A DNA stretch of 64,000 bases, from NCBI GenBank assembly GCA_002104945.1, contig MCFH01000068.1:192899-256898 (forward strand). The letters are read 5' to 3'. A program made the position numbers and the translations under genes. Below the pieces are notes generated by a model, which had not been told where the DNA came from, ran no database searches, and saw nothing but the letters and a program-made list of their open reading frames with translations. Below, one piece after another: positions 42,744 to 55,100 of the stretch; within the stretch, counting starts at the first letter, position 1, and each line of letters opens with the position of its first letter. Origin of the DNA: Piromyces finnis finn (taxonomy: Eukaryota; Fungi; Neocallimastigomycota).

Positions 42744-45700
42744 CTTTTTTTTTTTAACGGCATCAAATATTTTAAACTTTATTATTAATTTAATTAAAAT
42801 TATAATACATGTAATATAAAAAATTAAAAATAAAAATAAAAATAAAAAAATATGTTTAAATAAACACAAATGAATAAAAAATGGGTATAATGTATTCTAG
42901 TAATTTTAATTAAAGTAAGAAAGCCACTATTATACTAAGGTATAATAATTTTATTTGACTTCCAATGGGACATAGAGCCAAAGATCAAAATTTTGTCATG
43001 GGACAAAATTATGATCTCCATTGGTTGCGCTGGCCCTCCTGGCCTGTCTTACTGTTTCTTCAGCATTGACGCTCTTGGATGTTGCTTCAAACCTTTTGAA
43101 CATTGACCATTGCTGGCCAGTAGCAAAAGGCATGATTTTGGTTAGAAGTTCCGCGGTTACCGTCAAGAATGGTGTTCCTTCATTAGTACCAGATTGAATC
43201 TGACACTTGCAAAGTTCTTTTCATTCCCTTGAATTGTAATTGATATTGTTAAAACTTCTTCCTCCAAGAAGGAATTTAAATATTTTACTGCACACACTAG
43301 AATAATCATACACATTAATATTCACCGGATTATTAGAACTATTACTATTATTAATTAAATTACTATCTAAATTAGAATTATTATCATCACTATTGCTATC
43401 ATTACTAATATTATTATTTCTATTACTACTATTGTTATTATTACTATTGTTATTATTACTATTGTTATTATTACTATTGTTATTATTACTATTGTTACTA
43501 TTACTATTGTAATTATTATTACTACTATTATTATTATTATTAATATTATTACTATCTCTACTGATATTAACATTTTCATTATTATTGATAGGACTGTTGG
43601 AATTACGTTGACTGAAAAAATTTAGTAGCTGGACTATGGAATCATAATGTTTAATACGGATATCTCTAAATGTTGGACAATCTAATAACCAATGTTTAAT
43701 ACTTTGAACACCACACTTGCAACATGGACAGTAGTTAGGACAAACTGGATCAACAAATTTAGCAGCTTTGGCAACTCTAGCATCCAACTTGTATCCGCTT
43801 CTTGCTTTCAATAACCAGTAGAAGCCATAGGCAAACTCTGGGTACTCATAACATAACTTGATGAAATCTTTAGTTTCAATAAATTTATTATCATCATAAT
43901 ATTGCGCTTTGATTGAATTCCCTTTGAGATCTTTCCAATAAAAGTTTTTAACTGCTTTAACATCTCCATGCTTCTTTAGTTTTTTATCAAGTGTCCTATT
44001 TGATTTGCACCATGTATATTTTCTAAATTTAGGAATGTAATTGACAAGGTGTGAGATAATACAATTCGAGTTTTTCCATTTGTTAAAACATCTAACCTGA
44101 GCTAACGCACATTTGGCTGACAATGGAGGAATATTCAAATCTTTTGAGATAGAGTATAAAGATATAAACGATACAGCTTTATGAACTCCGGCAACCTATC
44201 GTATTCCTTTGTTAACATGCTTCTGAGCAATCCTAGACCTAGCTTTGTTGGATCCAAGTAATGGTGCAAAGTATGAAACTCTGCTGATTACTTGTGAATT
44301 AAGTACTAGCTTTTTGAAGGGAATAGGAATATTAGGATTTCTTAAGAATTTACTGACTGAAAAAAGTCCTTTCAAAACTTTGTTATTAAGAGTTTTAATA
44401 ACTGGTTTAAGGGACAGATTCTTATCAAATGGAACACCAAGATAAGTATAACAATCAGTAGTTGGAATGGGTTGTCCTGTTAAGTAAAATGTTGGATCTC
44501 TCTTACTCTGATTTTCTATTGATTCAGGACGAATTACCATCGTTGAACATTTCTGGATACCAAATTCCATTTCATTATACAAGGCCTATTCATTAACTCT
44601 TCTAAGCATCTTTTTTAAGCATCCTCTTGTTGGAGCACAAATAACTATATCATCTGCAAAAAGTCCACCACAGCATCGAGTGTCACCTAAACTGACTCCT
44701 AGATCTTCGCACTCTTTAAAAATATCATTAATAAAGAGATTAAAAAGAATAGGAGAAAGTGGGCAACCTTGACGGACTCCTTTCTTCACATCAAAAAATT
44801 TCGAGAATTTTCCATCTAATTTTGCATTAGCCTTAGATGTTAAATATAAATTTTTGATAAATTGTAAACTCTTACCTCGAATTCCTAAACAATCTAATTT
44901 ATGGAGAATATTACCGATTGGGACTGAATCGTATGCTTTCCTGAGATCTAAAAAGGCCAAATATGTCTCTTTATTATCTAATTGACATCTACGGCATATT
45001 TCTTGGATTGAAATGAAAAGACTGATACTTTCTTCCTTTTTTCGAAAACCAAATTGTTCAAGTCTAATGAAATTATTATTAAGACCATATTCTGAGATTC
45101 TAGTGGTGACAATTTTTGAAATCAACTTAATACCATTATTGATAAGTGATATACCTCGATAGTTAGCACAATCTGTCAAATCTCCCTTCTTAGGAATAGA
45201 AACAATACTGGATTCATTCCATGAGTTGGGGAAGTCTCCATCCCAAATACGGTTGAATAATTTAAGAATAAAATTTAAACCATGAGCATCATTATCTGAA
45301 GTGGTATTGCCGGAAGAATTATTATCTGTAGCATTATTAGAATCATTACTTGATGGAATTAATGCTTTGTAAAATTCAATTGGAATACCATCCGGACCTG
45401 ATGCTTTACAATTTGGAGTAGAGAGGATAGCTGATTTGACTTCATCAATACTAATATCTTGGTTGATATCCCATTCATCAAGCATAGGAAGTGAAAAACG
45501 TTTATTCGTTGGTTCTTCATACCAATGCTCCAAATCAAGACTTACACCACTTGGATCTGATGCAAGCTTTTCGAAATGATCATGCCACACTTCTAGTTGT
45601 TCTTCTGTAGCAACAACTAATTCTCCATTTTTATTTTTAATTGGTTGAGCAATAAAGAAAGAATCTTTTCCAATTTTTGCAGTTTTCTTGATCCATTTCC

Positions 45701-48319
45701 AGGCCTTCTTAGGATTATGACTCTTCATATACTCACATCCTGTTTTAATCCAATGAAGATATTCTTGTTTCCTAAATTCATTACATCTTTTGTGGATGTA
45801 ATCAATGAGCTTACGGTAGATTTTAATTCTTTTAATAAATTCATCTATATCATAAATTCTTTCTTTTTTAAATCTCTTATACAACTTCATTTTGATTTTT
45901 TGAAGATTAAAAATTTGTTGTGAAATATGAAATGAAGACTTTATAACATTATTTGCTGAGGTAATACTGAGCTCGTCTGCAATTGAAAAAGCAGTTGAAG
46001 TAAACTCTTTGGAAAGTTCATCTGTAGAAACATTAGGATCGTTGAATTTTGCTGAAAGTATTTGGAATTTATTATGACTGAGAATAGATTCCTTTTCCTC
46101 AATACATTTTAATCTATTCCATTTCAGAATTTTCTTAGGAACATTAAAGTCATTAGAAAAATCTTCCATAGGAATAATTTTACCATTAATAAGAAGTGGC
46201 TTATGGTCTGATACAGGATAAAAATTATTTATAAATGATCCTGAGTGAATAAGATCTTTCATCTTCGAGTTGATAAGAGCATGGTCAATGTCGGAAGATT
46301 GATCACCTCGAGTCCAAGAGATAGTAGACTCTCTAAGCGGAAGAATTTCCCAATCTCCTAATCCATTAGTTGATAACCAGTTGGATAATTTTACTTTAGA
46401 CATATTAAAATCACCAACAAGAATCGATGGATGGGATGAATGAGTTTGTAACCACAAGCGAACTTCTAACTTTGCATGATCAACATAGATGTTGTGATGA
46501 CTATGAGGCATATACACATTTCCAATCGAGCATTTGAATCTATTCCAGAGACTAAAAGTATAAATAGAAATAATATACTTTCCAGAGAAGTTTTCAAGTG
46601 AGGCTTGACACGAATTGTGAAAACCTAAATATAAACCTCTCATTCCAGGAACTGATTCGTCAGCTTTCTTGAAAAAGTGTCTATAGTTTCGCAAAGTAAC
46701 ACGACAAGGATAATCTGTATTCGAACCAGAACCATTACCAGTTTCTTGGAAACATAAAAATAATGGTTTGAAAATAGCTGTGAAATAGCTAATACTATCT
46801 CTCTTTTCGTGATTCCACCCATTGGTGTTCCAACTAAGACAAAAAGAAAAGTTATCAGGCTTGTTGGATGAGGAAGAATTGTTGCTATTATTATTATTAT
46901 TAAAGTCATCATTATTAATGGATGATGCATCAGAGGAATAAGTAGAACTATTACTAGATGGCTGTGAAACTGAAGAACTATCAACTATTGAACTGTTATC
47001 AGAGTTGATAGAACTATTAGAATTAATTGTTGAATGTTGAGATTGAAATTGTGTTTGCTGTAGATCTGGAATATTTTCATGATGGGAAACTTGTTGAAGA
47101 TCTTGTTGAAGATCTTGTTGAAGATCGGATTGTTGATGAGATTGTTGAACTGATTGTTGATTTGATTATTGAATAAAATGTTGATGTTTATTAGAAACTA
47201 AAATTTTACGTTTGAGCGTGGAAAAAGTGTATTTGTGATTCCTTCTACTACGAGTTGAAAAGGAAATTGAGGTAACTGAAAGTTTCTTCTTTAACATGTG
47301 TAAGATTTTAATACAATCTTTCGATGAACCATGAACCTTGACTAAGAAAAAGTGATCATTGAAAATCTGAAAATATTTAACACTAATAACTGAATTAAAT
47401 TTATCTTCTAGAATAACCTCGAGTTTTTCCCATAGCATATTAACTGACCATGATCGAATACCACGGATAAAGGAGCGAATATCATCTAAGGGGATACCAT
47501 AAGACCGGGTACCACGTCTGATATAATTCTTATCTTTAATATAAAGGACTGACATGATAATTAATTCTAATTAAAAAATATTGAATATAAAATAAATACT
47601 AATAAAAATTATAAATATAACGTATATGGAAAAAATCTGTCTCTCTCTTCTTAAAAGTACTGGATAGTACAAAAATTGTTACGATGCTTTGTTTAAAGTT
47701 TCTTTTTTTTTGAATTCTAGTTGTAAATTTTCTTTAAAAATTCTAGTTTTGGTTTGTTGTTAGTAAATTCGATTCGCTTTTTGACACTAAAATTGTTTGA
47801 CTTTACTTTTCATTAAATATTTAAATTGGTAAAAAATTTGAATCAAGAATATCGACACCAGAAAGCTTGTGAATAGTATTTTTACATGATGTAGAGTGAA
47901 TCAGTCTCTTACAAGAAACAATACAACAATAGCTACATGAATATAAAAATACAATGCAAATGCTAAAGTTGACTACATTGGATTCTTACAAGAGAAGAGT
48001 AGTACTACATGAATACATGAATAAAAGAAAAAATACAGCAACAAAATGTATTACTCTTCTAATTAAATACTATACAAACTTACTTGAATATCAAACATTC
48101 AACTTATTCATCAAATACTTAAATTCGATGGATAAATGTTTTTTAATCACTCAGTACCATGAGCTTAGTCCTAATAATATTTCCAAATAAAGACTAACCA
48201 AGTATCCATTGCGCAATACTTGGATTTAATTCTTTCTACTCTCTCAGTACCATGAGTATGAGTAGAGCCCCTTGAGAATCTTCGTTTATTAAATATATGA
48301 AGATACGTACCCAAGGAGA
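42744..48319 (-). mobile_element. Full-length LINE (APE endonuclease-RT-CCHC), copy 1
   Basis: Poly(A)11 at 42745-42755; TSD ACAATAATA (42735-42743 and 48320-48328); SWNTNG, QET, GDFN, SDH; QGCPLSPILF, FADD; C..C.......H....C. One frame with three in-frame stops. Confidence 0.93.
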
Positions 48320-48508
48320 ACAATAATATGTTTATGATATTAAACACAATGATAATAATTATGATATTAATGATAATAATGATAACTATGTATATGATGA
48401 AAATAACTATGATGTTTATGCTACTAATTATAATAATAATGATGAAAATATTTATAATATCAACGAATATAAATGTAACAATATTAATAATATTAATAAA
48501 GACAATGA

Positions 48509-48563
48509 GGAATTCTCCTATATGCTGGTATTCTAAAAATAAACAATTATTGCAACTTCAACT
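48509..48563 (+). pseudogene. Ty1/copia RNase H fragment
   Basis: GNSPICWYSK-KQ-IATST matches the copia G..I.W.SKKQ..IA.ST motif, with an indel. Confidence 0.6.
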
Positions 48564-48564
48564 A

Positions 48565-49000
48565 GTAAATTGTGATCTACGATCAGTATAAATATCAGAA
48601 AGTAATCCATGAGGTTTAAATCCATTTTTAATAAAAGCAGTAGCAGTTTGTTTAGCATCATGTATTTTCTCAAAAAGAACTAAATGAATCATTTTTGAAA
48701 ATCAATCAACAGTAACCATTAATACGATGTATCCTTTAGGATCAGGTAAACCAAATAAAAGTCAATTTCAACAGAACGCCATGGTATATCAGGTGTTTTT
48801 AAAGTTGTAAAGGTCCATATTTTTTTGTGTTTACCGAATTTATTTCTAGTAAAAATTTCACAATAATTATCAAATTTAGTTATATCTTTATAAACTTTTA
48901 GCCACAAATAGTTTCTAATAATTAATTCTTCAGTTCTCTTAATACCTAAATGGTCAGCAGCAGGTTTTTCACGGTATCGTAATAGTACTTCTAATATTGA
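48565..49000 (-). pseudogene. Chromovirus integrase relic
   Basis: HLGIKRTEELIIRNYLW, PWRSVEIDF, LPDPKG..VLMVTVD.FSKMIH. Confidence 0.8.
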
Positions 49001-50050
49001 CGTAAAGATATATATATATATTAAATTCAAAAAAAATTGGTGGATAATGCCTAAATTATAGATAGAATATTTTATAATTTAAAACTCAATATATATTTTG
49101 TTATGAATCTAAGTGTATTTAAATGAATTCAATCAATTAAAATCATTTTTTAAAAGTACAACACTTTTAAAATAATTTATCAAAATAAAATTAAAGAACA
49201 ACCAAAAAACTTGATTTTCAAAATTAATATTATATATAAATAAATACATAAACTTAAAGGACTCTTTAGAGTCACCAAAAACAATCAGAAAATAACCAAA
49301 AAATCAAAAATTTCTATTATTTTATATTTATTTAGTTTATACTCTTTAGTAAGATACATATTTAAGTTATCTTTTTATAGTATATAATAATAAAATTATA
49401 TCAAAGGAGTATTGAATGGAAAAAGTATTACTCTTATGTAGATTCCTATAAATTATTAAAAAATATAAAATGAAGTTTCTTTATAAGAGCTCATTAAGTA
49501 GAGTTACATGAAATTTCCACTAGTAAGTAAAAATTTTTCAAGGATTACAAATTTTTAAGTATTATTCTTTAACTTTGTAAATAAGAAAAATCGATTTAAT
49601 ATCTTATATATAAAAATTGATGTCAAAAGGAAAGGTAATAATTTATTTTATAAAATGATAAAACTAATAAAGATTTTAGATATAATAAAAGGTAATTTTT
49701 TTAAACAAAAGTAAGTTAAATTTTTGTTTCTAAAATATTTATAAATAATAATTTTTTAAAATTCTATATTTTTATAATTTACAATTGTAAATCAAAATTA
49801 AAAAAATAGAAATTTATTTCAAATGTAATAAAAAATAAAAAAGGAAAAATTAAAAAAAAGTAAGAATTAAAGGTATATTAAAAACTAAACTTATTATTTG
49901 TATAACTATTAACACAAAATATATAATAAACTAACCTTTTTTTAATAATTTATATAAAAATATAGTTATTCATATAATTAATTATTTATTATTAATAAGT
50001 TTTGAAAAGATTTAAACATAATAGTAAGTTTCATTTTTCTTATAAATAAA

Positions 50051-51526
50051 ATGATGAAATTTTATTTTAGTTTATTAATATTATTTAATATAGTTAATTT
50101 TAAATTAATAAAATGTAAAAATCTTATTGAGAATTTTCCAGAATTTAAAAGAATAAAATCTCAGCATTTATATATGATTACACCTCCAAATCAATGTAAA
50201 TGTCATCATCAAACTATATTTTTTAGATATCCATCATTTATTAAACAAAATTTTCAAAGTTATAACATAACTGAGGTAACTATAAAAAAAAAAGAGTATT
50301 TTGTTAGTTCAGTTCAACATTTTGTTAAAGACATTAAATCAAAAAAGGGGTATAAATGTATAAAAGATGCTTTAAATAATAATAATGTTATACGTTTGTA
50401 TAATGACGTTGATTGTAATATCTATTGGAGATATAGTTATATTCGTAAATATTTACCTGCTAAAATAAGTAAACACCAAAGGTTAAATGGTTTTATTAAT
50501 GGTTACGTTTTATCAAGGAAAGATCTTTTATATAATAATTATAAAATTATGAAAAAAAAATTTCCAAATGATTTTACATATATGCCGGAGACATATATAT
50601 TTAAATCTTTAAAAGAATATAATGTAAAGTTTAAAGATTATCATATTTCAAAAGATAATTTATGGTTAGTTAAACCAAGATATTTATATGGAGGGAAAGG
50701 TATATATTTTTTAAAAAATATTAATGAAGTAAAAAAGGGAAATATAATAACAAAATATATATCGAATCCTTTATTGATAAATAATAGGAAATTTGATATA
50801 AGATTATATTTATTAGTTACAGGTCATAATCCTCTCAAAATTTATATATTTGATGAAGGATTAGTTAGATTATCATCTGAAGAATACAATTTGGATATAA
50901 ATGATTTGGATAATCGTTTTAAGCATTTAACTAATACTTCAATTAATAAAAAAAATAGAAAGAATAAAAAATTAACAATGTCAATTGCTGAAGCCAAAAA
51001 ATATATTGAAGAATTTTATAAAATAAAATTTTCTAACATATGGGAAGGAATAAAGGATATAGCTATAAAAACAATTATTTCCATGAATAATATTGAAATA
51101 GAAAAAGAAAAAAAATATACATTAAATTCAAATAATTTATTCGAATTATATGGAATGGATATTATGGTTGATAGCAATTTTAAAACTTGGTTAATTGAAA
51201 TGAATTGTAATCCAAGTTTATCTTATTTTCAAGCAGAAGAACATAATAAAATAATAAAATATAAACTTGTTCATGATTTGTTTAATATAATTGGTTTAGT
51301 TCCATATTCGCATATTACTGGTAAAGCATTAGAAAAGGAGTGTTATTATGATAATTCTATTGAGGAAGCTGTTGATCAATCCATTTGTGAATTTTTAAGA
51401 CCTTTAGGAGGATTTGAACAAATATTTCCTACGAAAGAAAATATAAAATATTATATGAAATTTTTTAAAACCATTACGCCAAATAATCAAGCATTGTGGG
51501 ATAAAATTGATAAAGAAAAATTTTAA
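50051..51526 (+). CDS. Tubulin-tyrosine ligase family (TTL/TTLL ATP-grasp) protein with signal-peptide-like N-terminus
   Basis: WLVKP..GGKGI, KYISNPLLINNRKFDIRLY, FELYGMDIMVD, WLIEMNCNPS. Intronless, 491 aa, N-terminus MMKFYFSLLILFNIVNF. Confidence 0.9.
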   Translation: MMKFYFSLLILFNIVNFKLIKCKNLIENFPEFKRIKSQHLYMITPPNQCKCHHQTIFFRYPSFIKQNFQSYNITEVTIKKKEYFVSSVQHFVKDIKSKKGYKCIKDALNNNNVIRLYNDVDCNIYWRYSYIRKYLPAKISKHQRLNGFINGYVLSRKDLLYNNYKIMKKKFPNDFTYMPETYIFKSLKEYNVKFKDYHISKDNLWLVKPRYLYGGKGIYFLKNINEVKKGNIITKYISNPLLINNRKFDIRLYLLVTGHNPLKIYIFDEGLVRLSSEEYNLDINDLDNRFKHLTNTSINKKNRKNKKLTMSIAEAKKYIEEFYKIKFSNIWEGIKDIAIKTIISMNNIEIEKEKKYTLNSNNLFELYGMDIMVDSNFKTWLIEMNCNPSLSYFQAEEHNKIIKYKLVHDLFNIIGLVPYSHITGKALEKECYYDNSIEEAVDQSICEFLRPLGGFEQIFPTKENIKYYMKFFKTITPNNQALWDKIDKEKF

Positions 51527-51971
51527 GAAATTACAAGATATAAATTAATTTATATAATTTATTGAAAAATTTTACTTATTACTATTATATATATAATAAA
51601 ATATTCTTAAATATTAATAAATAAAATTAATATGAATGAGAATATAAATAATTAATTGTAACAGTTCAAATAATAATTAAAAAACAAAATTACTTTACAA
51701 AATAAAATTATATTTATAACTTTATAATAGGTACAATTTTAAATAATTACAACATTAATGAATTTTACATAAGATTTTTATTTAAGCAAAATGTATTGTT
51801 AACTCAAATTATAAAAACTTACGTATATTTTTTAATAACAGAAATAGTAAAAATGTTATTTGTAAAAACATTAAAAGTAATTATATTTATTAAAATTATA
51901 AAGATGATAATTTTAACTTTTTAAATTTGAATATTCATTATTATGTTAAATAGTTAAATCTTTCATATTGT

Positions 51972-52131
51972 AATAATTATCGTGGTATTTCTCTCATCAA
52001 TAATGTAGGTCCTAAAATCATTTCAAAAATTATAACTGATAGAATTTCAAAGTATACTCTTTCTCATAACTTTATAAGACCTGAGCAATTTGGTTTTTGC
52101 AATAAAGAATATATTAGCATATTTTTTTCCA
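51972..52131 (+). pseudogene. Old LINE RT relic, cut by LINE copy 2
   Basis: NNYRGISLINNVGPKIISKIITDRISKY...FIRPEQFGF, similar to the young LINE's NYRGISLINNGIKLISKIVTTRISEY...EQFGF. Confidence 0.85.
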
Positions 52132-55100
52132 CTCCTTGGGTACGTATCTTCATATATTTAATAAACGAAGATTCTCAAGGGGCTCTACTCATACTCATGG
52201 TACTGAGAGAGTAGAAAGAATTAAATCCAAGTATTGCGCAATGGATACTTGGTTAGTCTTTATTTGGAAATATTATTAGGACTAAGCTCATGGTACTGAG
52301 TGATTAAAAAACATTTATCCATCGAATTTAAGTATTTGATGAATAAGTTGAATGTTTGATATTCAAGTAAGTTTGTATAGTATTTAATTAGAAGAGTAAT
52401 ACATTTTGTTGCTGTATTTTTTCTTTTATTCATGTATTCATGTAGTACTACTCTTCTCTTGTAAGAATCCAATGTAGTCAACTTTAGCATTTGCATTGTA
52501 TTTTTATATTCATGTAGCTATTGTTGTATTGTTTCTTGTAAGAGACTGATTCACTCTACATCATGTAAAAATACTATTCACAAGCTTTCTGGTGTCGATA
52601 TTCTTGATTCAAATTTTTTACCAATTTAAATATTTAATGAAAAGTAAAGTCAAACAATTTTAGTGTCAAAAAGCGAATCGAATTTACTAACAACAAACCA
52701 AAACTAGAATTTTTAAAGAAAATTTACAACTAGAATTCAAAAAAAAAGAAACTTTAAACAAAGCATCGTAACAATTTTTGTACTATCCAGTACTTTTAAG
52801 AAGAGAGAGACAGATTTTTTCCATATACGTTATATTTATAATTTTTATTAGTATTTATTTTATATTCAATATTTTTTAATTAGAATTAATTATCATGTCA
52901 GTCCTTTATATTAAAGATAAGAATTATATCAGACGTGGTACCCGGTCTTATGGTATCCCCTTAGATGATATTCGCTCCTTTATCCGTGGTATTCGATCAT
53001 GGTCAGTTAATATGCTATGGGAAAAACTCGAGGTTATTCTAGAAGATAAATTTAATTCAGTTATTAGTGTTAAATATTTTCAGATTTTCAATGATCACTT
53101 TTTCTTAGTCAAGGTTCATGGTTCATCGAAAGATTGTATTAAAATCTTACACATGTTAAAGAAGAAACTTTCAGTTACCTCAATTTCCTTTTCAACTCGT
53201 AGTAGAAGGAATCACAAATACACTTTTTCCACGCTCAAACGTAAAATTTTAGTTTCTAATAAACATCAACATTTTATTCAATAATCAAATCAACAATCAG
53301 TTCAACAATCTCATCAACAATCCGATCTTCAACAAGATCTTCAACAAGATCTTCAACAAGTTTCCCATCATGAAAATATTCCAGATCTACAGCAAACACA
53401 ATTTCAATCTCAACATTCAACAATTAATTCTAATAGTTCTATCAACTCTGATAACAGTTCAATAGTTGATAGTTCTTCAGTTTCACAGCCATCTAGTAAT
53501 AGTTCTACTTATTCCTCTGATGCATCATCCATTAATAATGATGACTTTAATAATAATAATAATAGCAACAATTCTTCCTCATCCAACAAGCCTGATAACT
53601 TTTCTTTTTGTCTTAGTTGGAACACCAATGGGTGGAATCACGAAAAGAGAGATAGTATTAGCTATTTCACAGCTATTTTCAAACCATTATTTTTATGTTT
53701 CCAAGAAACTGGTAATGGTTCTGGTTCGAATACAGATTATCCTTGTCGTGTTACTTTGCGAAACTATAGACACTTTTTCAAGAAAGCTGACGAATCAGTT
53801 CCTGGAATGAGAGGTTTATATTTAGGTTTTCACAATTCGTGTCAAGCCTCACTTGAAAACTTCTCTGGAAAGTATATTATTTCTATTTATACTTTTAGTC
53901 TCTGGAATAGATTCAAATGCTCGATTGGAAATGTGTATATGCCTCATAGTCATCACAACATCTATGTTGATCATGCAAAGTTAGAAGTTCGCTTGTGGTT
54001 ACAAACTCATTCATCCCATCCATCGATTCTTGTTGGTGATTTTAATATGTCTAAAGTAAAATTATCCAACTGGTTATCAACTAATGGATTAGGAGATTGG
54101 GAAATTCTTCCGCTTAGAGAGTCTACTATCTCTTGGACTCGAGGTGATCAATCTTCCGACATTGACCATGCTCTTATCAACTCGAAGATGAAAGATCTTA
54201 TTCACTCAGGATCATTTATAAATAATTTTTATCCTGTATCAGACCATAAGCCACTTCTTATTAATGGTAAAATTATTCCTATGGAAGATTTTTCTAATGA
54301 CTTTAATGTTCCTAAGAAAATTCTGAAATGGAATAGATTAAAATGTATTGAGGAAAAGGAATCTATTCTCAGTCATAATAAATTCCAAATACTTTCAGCA
54401 AAATTCAACGATCCTAATGTTTCTACAGATGAACTTTCCAAAGAGTTTACTTCAACTGCTTTTTCAATTGCAGACGAGCTCAGTATTACCTCAGCAAATA
54501 ATGTTATAAAGTCTTCATTTCATATTTCACAACAAATTTTTAATCTTCAAAAAATCAAAATGAAGTTGTATAAGAGATTTAAAAAAGAAAGAATTTATGA
54601 TATAGATGAATTTATTAAAAGAATTAAAATCTACCGTAAGCTCATTGATTACATCCACAAAAGATGTAATGAATTTAGGAAACAAGAATATCTTCATTGG
54701 ATTAAAACAGGATGTGAGTATATGAAGAGTCATAATCCTAAGAAGGCCTGGAAATGGATCAAGAAAACTGCAAAAATTGGAAAAGATTCTTTCTTTATTG
54801 CTCAACCAATTAAAAATAAAAATGGAGAATTAGTTGTTGCTACAGAAGAACAACTAGAAGTGTGGCATGATCATTTCGAAAAGCTTGCATCAGATCCAAG
54901 TGGTGTAAGTCTTGATTTGGAGCATTGGTATGAAGAACCAACGAATAAACGTTTTTCACTTCCTATGCTTGATGAATGGGATATCAACCAAGATATTAGT
55001 ATTGATGAAGTCAAATCAGCTATCCTCTCTACTCCAAATTGTAAAGCATCAGGTCCGGATGGTATTCCAATTGAATTTTACAAAGCATTAATTCCATCAA

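Noticed and set aside
42140-43579. Ile/Leu-rich ORFs here and at 821-1622, 2108-2424, 11034-11378 and 56871-58309
   Set aside because: Antisense or off-frame shadows of AAT/AAC microsatellite-like Asn tracts.
47954-48190. 78-aa ORF antisense to the LINE 5' UTR (mirrored at 52260-52496)
   Set aside because: No recognisable motif; expected by chance in AT-rich DNA.
52132-52230. HDV-like ribozyme at the LINE 5' end
   Set aside because: A P1-like and a P4-like stem exist, but no P3/L3, P2 or catalytic C in J4/2 could be placed.
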